Source of the DNA: Streptomyces sp. NPDC050704
GTDB lineage: Bacteria; Actinomycetota; Actinomycetes; Streptomycetales; Streptomycetaceae
Reading direction: 5' to 3'
Length of the DNA: 24,000 bases
NCBI RefSeq assembly: GCF_040654355.1
Contig: NZ_JBFAHW010000110.1
Location: forward strand, 1-24,000
Part shown: piece after piece, positions 9,053-16,165 of the stretch
Layout: each line of letters starts with the position of its first letter
How positions within the stretch are numbered: position 1 is the first letter of the stretch
Program-made: the position numbers and the translations under genes
The notes under the pieces: generated by a model
What the model was told of the DNA's origin: nothing
Seen by the model: only the letters and a program-made list of their open reading frames with translations
Database searches by the model: none

Positions 9053-9225
9053 GAGCCCCCCTCGCAGTCCGATATTCGGAACAGCACGTCAGTCCGTTCA
9101 ACGAACGGGTGCGCGGGTGGTTACGCGTCTTTTCGAGGTTTCCCGTCAGGGCAACTGCGTGGATTGCGGCGAGGGGGTCTGTGTACAGTGGAGCCGCCTT
9201 CGCGTGCGGCGTTGTTGCGCGCGGC

Positions 9226-9302
9226 GCCTCCTTAGCTCAGCTGGCCAGAGCATTCCCCTTGTAAGGGAAGGGTCGTCGGTTCGAATCCGACAGGGGGCTC
9301 CA
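9226..9302 (+). tRNA. tRNA-Thr (anticodon UGU), CCA encoded
   Basis: Manual cloverleaf. Acceptor GCCTCCT/AGGGGGC (one G-U pair), D stem GCTC/GAGC, anticodon stem TTCCC/GGGAA with loop CTTGTAA (anticodon TGT). Variable loop GGGTC, T stem GTCGG/CCGAC with loop TTCGAAT, discriminator T, then CCA. Confidence 0.93.
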
Positions 9303-9307
9303 CTCCA

Positions 9308-9338
9308 AGCCCAGCCCAGACAGTGTCTGAGCTGGGCT
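9308..9338 (+). terminator. tRNA-Thr terminator hairpin
   Basis: Stem AGCCCAGC/GCTGGGCT, with further inner pairing CAGACA/TGTCTG, followed by TTTGTGTT. Confidence 0.7.
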
Positions 9339-9394
9339 TTGTGTTGAGTGGATGCGGCGCCAACGTCGCCTGACACCGGACGAAGGCAGAGAAG

Positions 9395-9808
9395 ATGACC
9401 ACGCGGATCGATCACGTCGACCACGAACTCATCCAGGCTGCGGCCCAGGTCGCTCGCACGCGCTGCCGGGGTGACAACCACACCATGGCGGCCGCGGCCC
9501 GGGCTCAGGACGGCCGGATCGTCACGGCGGTGAACGCGTATCACTTCACCGGAGGGCCCTGCGCCGAGCTGGTGCTCATCGGTGCGGCAGCCGCTCAGGG
9601 CGTCTACGAGCTGGACACGATCGTTGCTGTGGGGGACAGAGAGCGCGGGGTTGTTTCCCCGTGCGGTCGGTGCCGGCAGGTGCTCCTCGACTACTTTCCC
9701 GCCGTCAAGGTCATCGTTGGTGACGACGACCGTGTGCGAACCGTCCTTATCGCCGACTTGCTCCCCGAAAGCTACGTCTGGGCCGACCACCAGCTCGACG
9801 CCGAGTAG
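9395..9808 (+). CDS. cytidine-deaminase-fold protein, blasticidin-S deaminase (BSD/bsr)-like
   Basis: 137 aa. Zinc-ligand motifs CAE (GGPCAELV) and PCGRCRQ. The stretches [34 protein letters not shown] and LLPESYVW closely parallel the Aspergillus terreus BSD marker protein as I remember it. Confidence 0.8.
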   Translation: [137 protein letters not shown]

Positions 9809-9972
9809 AACGCGGCACTCGGCACGAGCCGGCTTCGGCCGACCCAGGGCGAACCTTTCCGATGCGGCACGAGCTTGTTCGCGCGGTCTCGGTGGCCGCT
9901 CAGTCCGGGAGCGTCCGTGGCCGCCTGCTCGTGAAGGCGGCCCGGCACAGGGGCTCCAGCAGTGTGGGCAAC

Positions 9973-9999
9973 GGCCCAGGTCACCCGCTGACCTGGGCC
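9973..9999. terminator. bidirectional terminator overlapping the hydrolase stop codon
   Basis: 11-bp stem GGCCCAGGTCA/TGACCTGGGCC with loop CCCGC, followed on the + strand by TTTTCC. The left arm contains the minus-strand stop (9981-9983). Confidence 0.6.
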
Positions 10000-10709
10000 T
10001 TTTCCATGTCCAGGCCCGCTGCCTCTGCGATGACGTGGGCTGTGCGGAGGCCCTCTCGGTAGGAGGAGCCGGAGTGGGCGGGGCGGCAGCGGCCCAGGTC
10101 TGCGGAGTATTCGGCCATGACTGCGCCTGAGTGGTCCGTGGTGAGTTCGGTGAGGGGGGCTCGGCGGCCGTGGGAGGCGAGGACGGACTGGAACTCGCGG
10201 GCGTTGGCGAAGTCACAGACTCGGTCGGCGGTGCCGTGGACCAGGTGGATCGGCAGGGGTGGGGCGGTGGCGCAGACGGCCATCGGGGAGGGGAGGGCGA
10301 GGAGGGGTTCGGGTTGGTTGTAGCGGGCGGCTACGCCGACGACGGCTGCTGGGCGCCAGCCTTCGGGTGGGTTCGGCTGGAGGGCGGTGGCCATCGCGGC
10401 GCGGCCGCCGAGGGACCAGCCGACGAGGATGATCTTTGCCGGGTCCGGTACGAAGTCCCAGGTGAAGCGGAGGGAGGCGGCCAGCTGGGGGCGGCCGCCG
10501 TCGGGGGCGTCGGGGTGCCAGTCGGGGACTATGACGGTGGCGCCGAGGCGGGCGACCGTGGCGGCCAGGGCGCCGAGGACGTCGCGTTCGGCGGGGCCGC
10601 GGCCGTGCCACAGGAGGACTGTGGGGGCGTCGGGGGCGGTGGCGCGGTGGATGTCGAGGAGTTGGCCGTCGGAGGTGTAGCGGACGGTGTCCATGACTGC
10701 GGTGCTCAT
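9981..10709 (-). CDS. alpha/beta hydrolase
   Basis: 242 aa from the ATG at 10709 (MSTAVMDTV...), with AGGGGAA 6 nt upstream. HG oxyanion motif (LLWHGRG), nucleophile elbow GWSLGG, C-terminal His (TTDHSG). The rest of the 668-aa track ORF is off-frame read-through. Confidence 0.85.
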   Translation of the reverse strand: MSTAVMDTVRYTSDGQLLDIHRATAPDAPTVLLWHGRGPAERDVLGALAATVARLGATVIVPDWHPDAPDGGRPQLAASLRFTWDFVPDPAKIILVGWSLGGRAAMATALQPNPPEGWRPAAVVGVAARYNQPEPLLALPSPMAVCATAPPLPIHLVHGTADRVCDFANAREFQSVLASHGRRAPLTELTTDHSGAVMAEYSADLGRCRPAHSGSSYREGLRTAHVIAEAAGLDMEKAQVSG

Positions 10710-10723
10710 GACGTTCCCCTGTC

Positions 10724-12220
10724 TCAGCGGCCCGCGACCCGGTCGGCGATACGCGCGATCCGGGACGACTGTGCGGCATGGGTGGTGCGTTCGCGGCGGT
10801 CGGCGGCTCGATACGTCGCGTACATGCCGTGTACCCCGAGCCAGCGGAATGGCTCGGGTTCCCACTTGCGGACCTTGTGTTCGACCCAGGGGAGGGTGGT
10901 CAGGTCGGTGGCGCCCGACTGGCCTGAGTCCTGCTGGATGAGGTCGCGGAGGGTGCGGGCGGCGAGGTTGGTGGTGGCGACGCCGGAGCCGACGTAGCCG
11001 CCGGCCCAGCCGAGGCCGGTGGAGCGGTCGAGGGTGACCGTGGCGCACCAGTCGCGGGGGACGCCGAGGACGCCGGACCAGGCGTGGGTGACGGCGATGT
11101 CGGAGAGTTGAGGGAAGAAGCGGACGAGGATTTCGCGCAGGGCTCTGACCGTCGACGGCTGCGTGCGGCCGTCGTTGTCGGTGCGGGAGCCGAAGCGGTA
11201 CGGGACTCCGCGGCCGCCGAGGGCGATGCGGTCGTCGGCGGTGCGTTGGGCGTACATGTAGGCGTGGGCCATGTCGCCGAGGGTTTCGCGGCCTTCCCAG
11301 CCGATGGATTCCCATTGGGCGGCGGTGAGGGGCTCGGTGGCGATCATGGAGGAGTTCATGGGGAGCCAGGTGCGTTTCTGGCCCTTCAGGGAGGCTGTGA
11401 AGCCTTCCGTGCAGCGCAGTACGTAGGGGGCGCGGACGGTGCCGTACGGGGTGACGGCGTGTTTGGGTCTGATCTCGGTGACGGGGGTCGACTCGTGGAT
11501 CGTGACGCCGAGTGCCTCGACGGCCGCCGCGAGGCCCTTGAGGAGTTTGACGGGGTGGAGGCGGGCGCCGTGCGGGGTCCAGCTGGAGCCGACGGCGTCG
11601 GCGACGCGGATGCGGTCGGCGGTCTCGGCGGCGCCGTACAGCTCGCGGTCCTTTTCGCCGTACGAGAGTTCCGTGTCGTGGAAGGTCTTCAGGCGGGCCA
11701 ACTGGGCGGGGGTGTAGGCGACTTCGAGTACGCCGCCCTGGTGGATGTCCGCGTCGATGCCTTCTTCTCCGGTGACGCGGACGACCTCGGTGACCGTGTC
11801 GTTCATGGCGTGCTGGAGGCGTACGGCGGCCTCGTGGCCGTGCAGGCGTGCGTACCGGTCGCGGCCGGCGATGCCGTTGTAGAGCCAGCCGCCGTTGCGG
11901 CCGGAGGCGCCGTAGCCGCAGAACTTCTGTTCCAGGACGGTGATCCGCAGGAAGGGGGCGGCTTTCTTCAGGTAGTACGCCGTCCACAGGCCGGTGTAGC
12001 CGCCGCCGACGATGACGATGTCGGCGCTCGCGTCTCCGGGGAGGGGTTCGCGGGGGGTGGGGAGGCCTTCTTGCGCGTACCAGAACGATATTCCGCCGTT
12101 GACGACGGTGCGGGGTGCGCGGGGTGCGCTGTCGGCCGTGCGGGCTGGGTTTGCCGCGTCCGTCGCGTGGGTGGCCTCGGTCGCCTCGGTCGCGCTTCCC
12201 GCGCTTTCCGTGCTGCTCAT
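10724..12220 (-). CDS. FAD-dependent oxidoreductase (DAO family, gamma-glutamylputrescine-oxidase-like)
   Basis: Dinucleotide-binding motif IVIVGGGYTGLWTAYYL and GASGRNGG. The stop lies 14 nt before the hydrolase start, suggesting an operon. Start taken as the ATG at 12220 (MSSTES...); the TTG at 12292 is an alternative. Confidence 0.82.
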   Translation of the reverse strand: MSSTESAGSATEATEATHATDAANPARTADSAPRAPRTVVNGGISFWYAQEGLPTPREPLPGDASADIVIVGGGYTGLWTAYYLKKAAPFLRITVLEQKFCGYGASGRNGGWLYNGIAGRDRYARLHGHEAAVRLQHAMNDTVTEVVRVTGEEGIDADIHQGGVLEVAYTPAQLARLKTFHDTELSYGEKDRELYGAAETADRIRVADAVGSSWTPHGARLHPVKLLKGLAAAVEALGVTIHESTPVTEIRPKHAVTPYGTVRAPYVLRCTEGFTASLKGQKRTWLPMNSSMIATEPLTAAQWESIGWEGRETLGDMAHAYMYAQRTADDRIALGGRGVPYRFGSRTDNDGRTQPSTVRALREILVRFFPQLSDIAVTHAWSGVLGVPRDWCATVTLDRSTGLGWAGGYVGSGVATTNLAARTLRDLIQQDSGQSGATDLTTLPWVEHKVRKWEPEPFRWLGVHGMYATYRAADRRERTTHAAQSSRIARIADRVAGR

Positions 12221-12331
12221 GCGCGGGACGTTAGCTTCTCCGGGTGGCGGGTGTCTCCTTCGGGTTCCATGCTTTTCCGTGCTCTTGGACAAGCGGGGCC
12301 CGACTTACGGAGTGAGGGGTGAGGGGCGGCG

Positions 12332-13204
12332 GTGACGGTGACGGGCTGGGACGCGGGGCTGCTGGCGCGGGGAGAGGAGTTCCTGGAGCGGTGGGGGCTG
12401 CGGCGGGACGGGGCGCCGATGGGCGGTCGGGTCGCGGTCGTGCTGCCGGTGGTGTGCGGTGACGGGACGCGGGCCGCGCTGAAGCTCCAGGACATCGACG
12501 ACGAGACGGTCGGTGAGGGGCTCGCGCTGCGGACCTGGGGCGGCGACGGTGTCGTACGGCTGCTGGACGAGGACGCGGCGACCGGCACGATGCTGCTGGA
12601 GCGGCTCGACGGGGGACGGTCGCTGGCGGCCGTGCCGGATGTGCTGGAGGCGACCGGGATTCTGGCGGGGCTGCTGGCGCGGGTCACGGCTGTGGCGGCG
12701 CCGGAGGGGATGCGGCGGCTGGGGGACATCGTGGCGGGCATGGTCGAGCGGTTGCCGCCCGTGCTCGATTCCCTTGCCGCTGAGGATGACCGGCGGCTGT
12801 TGAAGGACTGTGCGGCGGCGGTACGTGAGGTCGCGGGCGAACCCGGGGACCGGTTGCTGCACTGGGACCTGCACTTCGAGAACGTCCTGGCGGCCGAGCG
12901 CGAGCCCTGGCTGGTGATCGATCCGAAGCCGCTCGCCGGGGACCCGTGTTTCGAGTTGTTGCCCGCGCTCTGGAACCGGTTCGAGGAGGGGCGGTTGATG
13001 CGCCGTTTCGACCTGCTGACGGAGGCGTTGGGTGTGGACCGGGAGCGGGCGCGGGCCTGGACGCTGGGGCGGGTGCTGCAGAACTCGTTGTGGCGGGTGG
13101 AGGAGAGGGAAGGGGAGGGAGAGGGAGAGGGGGAGAGGGAAGGGGAAGGGGAAGGGCTGGATGCCGAGCAGGTCGCCATCGCCCGGCTGCTGCTTGGGCG
13201 TTGA
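12332..13204 (+). CDS. aminoglycoside phosphotransferase, APH(6)/streptomycin-6-kinase-like (aminoglycoside/hydroxyurea resistance kinase family)
   Basis: 290 aa with GTG start. Contains ALKLQ lysine region, catalytic loop LLHWDLHFENVL and VIDPKPLAGDP. Carries an unusual EEREGEGEGEGEREGEGEG insertion near the C-terminus. Confidence 0.8.
   Translation: MTVTGWDAGLLARGEEFLERWGLRRDGAPMGGRVAVVLPVVCGDGTRAALKLQDIDDETVGEGLALRTWGGDGVVRLLDEDAATGTMLLERLDGGRSLAAVPDVLEATGILAGLLARVTAVAAPEGMRRLGDIVAGMVERLPPVLDSLAAEDDRRLLKDCAAAVREVAGEPGDRLLHWDLHFENVLAAEREPWLVIDPKPLAGDPCFELLPALWNRFEEGRLMRRFDLLTEALGVDRERARAWTLGRVLQNSLWRVEEREGEGEGEGEREGEGEGLDAEQVAIARLLLGR
13099..13156 (+). repeat. 58-nt uninterrupted homopurine (G/A) tract inside the APH(6)-like CDS
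   Basis: Read directly: GGAGGAGAGGGAAGGGGAGGGAGAGGGAGAGGGGGAGAGGGAAGGGGAAGGGGAAGGG. It encodes the Glu/Gly/Arg repeat. Confidence 0.9.
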
Positions 13205-13207
13205 GCT

Positions 13208-13263
13208 GTGGCTGGTGGGCGGTGGCTGGTGGGCGGTGGCTGGTGGGCGGTGGGCGGTGGGCT
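13208..13263. repeat. tandem repeat: 3 x 14 nt (GTGGCTGGTGGGCG) plus 2 x 7-nt partial units (GTGGGCG, GTGGGCT)
   Basis: Read directly. Begins 4 nt after the APH stop and ends 24 nt before the GNAT start. Confidence 0.9.
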
Positions 13264-13286
13264 CCGGGGTGTCGTAGCGTGCCCGC

Positions 13287-13763
13287 ATGATTCGTACGGC
13301 GACTCCCGCTGATGTTCCGGTGATCCACTCCATGGTTCGTGAACTGGCCGAGTACGAGAAGGCGGTGGATGAGGCCAGGGCGACCGAGGAGCAGTTGCGT
13401 GAGGCGCTCTTCGGGGAGCGGCCCGCCGCGTTCGCGCACGTCGCGGAGGACGCGGGGGGTGTGGTGGTCGGGTTCGCGCTGTGGTTTCTGAATTTCTCGA
13501 CGTGGCGCGGGGTCCATGGGATCTACCTGGAGGACCTTTACGTGCGGCCGGAGGCGCGCGGGGGTGGGCACGGGAAGGCGCTGCTCGCCGAGTTGGCGCG
13601 GATCTGTGTGGTGCGGGGGTACGAGCGGCTGGAGTGGGCGGTGCTCGACTGGAACCGGCCGTCGATCGATTTCTACGAGGCGTTGGGTGCGCGGGCGCAG
13701 GATGAGTGGACGGTGTATCGGCTGACGGACGGGGCGTTGGGTGCACTCGGGTCACGGGACTGA
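13287..13763 (+). CDS. GNAT-family N-acetyltransferase (diamine/SSAT-like)
   Basis: 158 aa. N-terminal IRTATPADVPVIHSMVRELAEYEK pattern and acetyl-CoA motif RPEARGGGHGKALL. Confidence 0.85.
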   Translation: MIRTATPADVPVIHSMVRELAEYEKAVDEARATEEQLREALFGERPAAFAHVAEDAGGVVVGFALWFLNFSTWRGVHGIYLEDLYVRPEARGGGHGKALLAELARICVVRGYERLEWAVLDWNRPSIDFYEALGARAQDEWTVYRLTDGALGALGSRD

Positions 13764-13776
13764 GCTGGGGAAGTCA

Positions 13777-13797
13777 GGGGAGTGGGGAGTGGGGAGT
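13777..13797. repeat. 3 x 7-nt tandem repeat GGGGAGT
   Basis: Read directly, between the convergent stops at 13763 (+) and 13817 (-). Confidence 0.85.
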
Positions 13798-13816
13798 GCG
13801 TCGGGCCGGTGGGGTG

Positions 13817-14812
13817 TCACGGTTCCAGGATCACTTTGCCGATCGTTCCCCGGGTTTCCAGCGCGCGGTGTGCGGTCGCCGCCTGCGCCAGGGGGAAGCG
13901 CTGGACGGCCGGGACGAGGCGGCCTTCGGCGGCTTCGGCGAGGGCGCGCAGTTCGAGGGTGCGTATGGGGTTGGGGCCGCCCGCCTTCTGCATCATCACG
14001 GGGCCGAGGACCGACTGGGACACGCCCTCGACGTGCAGCGGGGTGCCGTCGTGCAGGCCTTTGCCCGACCAGCCGAAGACGAGGTGCTGGGCGCCGGGGT
14101 CGGCGGTGGGGTCGCCGAGCAGGGCGACGGCTTCGCGGGCCGTGTCGCCGCCGACGCCGTCGAAGACGACGGTGGCCGCGCGGTCGCCGAGGAACCGCCT
14201 GACCTGGTCCGGCCAGCTCGGGTCCCGGTAGTCGACGGCGAGGTCCGCGCCGTTCTTCTCGACGCGTGCCACCTTCTCCGGGCCGCCGGCGAGGCCGATC
14301 ACGGTGGCGCCGGCGTGCTTCGCGTACTGCACGAGGAGGGTGCCGATGCCGCCCGCGGCCGCCGGGATCACGGCGACGGAGGCGGGGCCGAGCTCGGTGA
14401 ACTGCAGGATTCCCATCGTCGTACGTCCGGTGCCGATCATCGCGACGGCCTGTGCGAAGTCCAGGTTTCCGGGGATCTCGTGGACGCGGTCGACGTCCGT
14501 GACGGCGAGTTCGGCGTAGCCGCCGGGGGCGGAGCCGAGGTGGGCCACCACGCGCTTGCCGAGCCACAGGGCGGCGACGCCCTCGCCGAGGGACTCGACG
14601 GTGCCGGCGACCTCGCGGCCGGGGATGGTCGGGAGGGCGGGCAGTGCCGGGAGCGGGCCCTGGATGCCCTCGCGGATCGCGGTGTCGAGGAGGTGTACGC
14701 CGGCCGCGGCGACGGTGATACGGACCTGGCCCGGGCCCGGCTCGGGGTCCTCTGCCTGTTCGTACGAGAGGTTGTCGGCGGGGCCGAAGGCGTGGAGGCG
14801 GATGGCGTGCAT
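13817..14812 (-). CDS. NADPH:quinone oxidoreductase / zinc-type alcohol dehydrogenase superfamily (MDR)
   Basis: 331 aa from the ATG at 14812 (MHAIRLHAFG...), preceded by GAGGAG. Cofactor motif AAAGGIGTLLVQ. The 27-residue extension in the track ORF is Pro/Arg-rich and lies upstream of the SD sequence. Confidence 0.85.
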   Translation of the reverse strand: MHAIRLHAFGPADNLSYEQAEDPEPGPGQVRITVAAAGVHLLDTAIREGIQGPLPALPALPTIPGREVAGTVESLGEGVAALWLGKRVVAHLGSAPGGYAELAVTDVDRVHEIPGNLDFAQAVAMIGTGRTTMGILQFTELGPASVAVIPAAAGGIGTLLVQYAKHAGATVIGLAGGPEKVARVEKNGADLAVDYRDPSWPDQVRRFLGDRAATVVFDGVGGDTAREAVALLGDPTADPGAQHLVFGWSGKGLHDGTPLHVEGVSQSVLGPVMMQKAGGPNPIRTLELRALAEAAEGRLVPAVQRFPLAQAATAHRALETRGTIGKVILEP

Positions 14813-14902
14813 GGGGGCTCCTCGGGGGCGTCGGGGGTTCCTCGGGGTGTTGTGCCGCGGGTCGTGAGGCTTGCCGTGCGGCTGTGTCGCCATCCTTTGA
14901 CC

Positions 14903-16165
14903 TCAAGCGTGCTTGAGGTCAAGCCCCGCCCTGCTGCGGATGCCGAGTGCCAGGGTCACGGCCTCCAGTGCGCTGTTGAACGACACCTCCGAGAGCACGC
15001 CGGGAGCCGCCACCTGGTCGCCCGCGAGGTAGACGTCGTCGCCGCGGTCGACGCGTGGCCGGTCGCGCCAGCTGGTGCCTGGGTGGTCTACGGCGCCGGT
15101 GCGGCCGTTCGCGAGGGCCTCGTTGCGGTACGTGATCCGGTCGCGCCAGGCCGGGAAGCCGAGGTCGAGCAGTTCCTCGGCGCGGGCGATGCCGTCGGCG
15201 TGGGACTCGTGGGGTGCGATCGGGATCTGGCCCTGGATGAGCTGTTCGTTGGTTGGGGCGAGGGTGCGGTCCTGGGCCGTGAATCGCTCGATCCAGCCGG
15301 GCGCGTCCAGGTCGGACACGGCGAACGCGTCGCCGGTGGAGGTCCCCCCGATCATGGGGGTCCCCCCGCTCGACCGAAGTCGGGAGTGGGGGAGGAGCCG
15401 GGCGCGGGGGAGGGTGCGTACGGCCAGGTCGAGCAGGGCGGTGCGGCCGCTCGGCCAGGTCAGCGAGTCGTCCTTGAGGAGGGTGCGGGCGGCGTCGAGG
15501 GAGGTGGCGATGATCACGGGGCCGTGGTCGTCGGGGATGGTGTCGACGCGGGCCAGGGTTTCGACGCGTACGCCGAGGTTCCAGGCCCTTGCCGCCATAC
15601 GGTCGATCACGCTCGCCCAGCCGCCGCGCGGGTAGTGCGCTTCCGGGGGCAGCTTCGTGGCGCGGCGCAGGCGTTCCTGGACGAAGGCGGCGGAGAGGGC
15701 GCCGGGGTTGTGGTGGAAGATCGCGACGGCGGAGTAGTTCGCGGCTGTGTTCGCGGCCTCTTCGCCGGCGATCGCGGTGGCCCAGGTTTTGAAGTCGGTC
15801 TCTATCGGGGCCTGTTCGGGTGTACGGCGCAGGAGTTTGAGCATCGCGAACGGTGGGGTGCGGCGGAGTGTGCCCTTGTGGCGGAGGCGGAGGCGGGCCG
15901 CTTCCAGGGGTGGGAGCGGGGCGAGTTCGCCGAGCAGGCCGCGCTGTTTGAGCCAGGTCCAGTGGGGGCCGCCCTTGTAGAGGGCGTGGGGGCCTTCGTT
16001 TGTTTTGTACGGGCCTTCGGCGGTGCGGGCTCGGCCGCCGAGGGTGTGGTGGGCTTCGTAGACGGTTACCTTGGCGCCTGCCTCTGCGGCGGTGATGGCT
16101 GCGGTGAGGCCGGCGAAGCCGCCGCCGACGATGGTGATGTGGTGTGTGGCGTGCGTGCGGGGCAT
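14903..16165 (-). CDS. NAD(P)/FAD-dependent oxidoreductase (amine oxidase / phytoene desaturase-like)
   Basis: 420 aa from the ATG at 16165 (MPRTHATHHITIVGGGFAGLTAA...), a GxGxxG Rossmann start preceded by GGGAG. Probably co-transcribed with the quinone reductase (90-nt gap). Confidence 0.8.
   Translation of the reverse strand: MPRTHATHHITIVGGGFAGLTAAITAAEAGAKVTVYEAHHTLGGRARTAEGPYKTNEGPHALYKGGPHWTWLKQRGLLGELAPLPPLEAARLRLRHKGTLRRTPPFAMLKLLRRTPEQAPIETDFKTWATAIAGEEAANTAANYSAVAIFHHNPGALSAAFVQERLRRATKLPPEAHYPRGGWASVIDRMAARAWNLGVRVETLARVDTIPDDHGPVIIATSLDAARTLLKDDSLTWPSGRTALLDLAVRTLPRARLLPHSRLRSSGGTPMIGGTSTGDAFAVSDLDAPGWIERFTAQDRTLAPTNEQLIQGQIPIAPHESHADGIARAEELLDLGFPAWRDRITYRNEALANGRTGAVDHPGTSWRDRPRVDRGDDVYLAGDQVAAPGVLSEVSFNSALEAVTLALGIRSRAGLDLKHA

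Larger units (their letters stand above)
7500..9150 (-). mobile_element. IS200/IS605-family (IS1341-like, tnpB-only) element; ends not determined
   Basis: tnpB lies with non-coding flanks between msiK regulatory DNA (left) and the tRNA-Thr promoter region (right). No tnpA (Y1 or serine recombinase) ORF is present on either side. Boundaries are rough estimates. Confidence 0.45.

Noticed and set aside
9226-9400. Classical tRNA-integrated genomic island (attL/attR plus integrase).
   Set aside because: There is no integrase or recombinase ORF next to the tRNA. I could find no second copy of the tRNA 3' end (GGTTCGAATCCGACAGGGGGCTCCA) anywhere in the window. I keep only the weaker statement that this is an accessory-looking block.
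9981-11987. 668-aa minus-strand ORF.
   Set aside because: Only the last 242 aa, from the ATG at 10709, form a coherent alpha/beta hydrolase. The upstream 426 aa are an Arg/Pro-rich off-frame read through the FAD oxidoreductase gene (10724-12220). That gene is in a different frame and has its own stop.
13099-13263. CRISPR-like or other spaced repeat array.
   Set aside because: The repeats are contiguous tandem units (purine microsatellite, 14-mers) with no unique spacers. No cas genes are present in the window.
12217-13755. 512-aa and 342-aa/295-aa minus-strand ORFs across the APH(6)/GNAT region.
   Set aside because: They are Pro/Arg/Ser/Thr-rich and repeat-driven (PPATAHQPPPTSH arises from the tandem repeats). 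They lie antisense to two genes with clear kinase and GNAT motifs.
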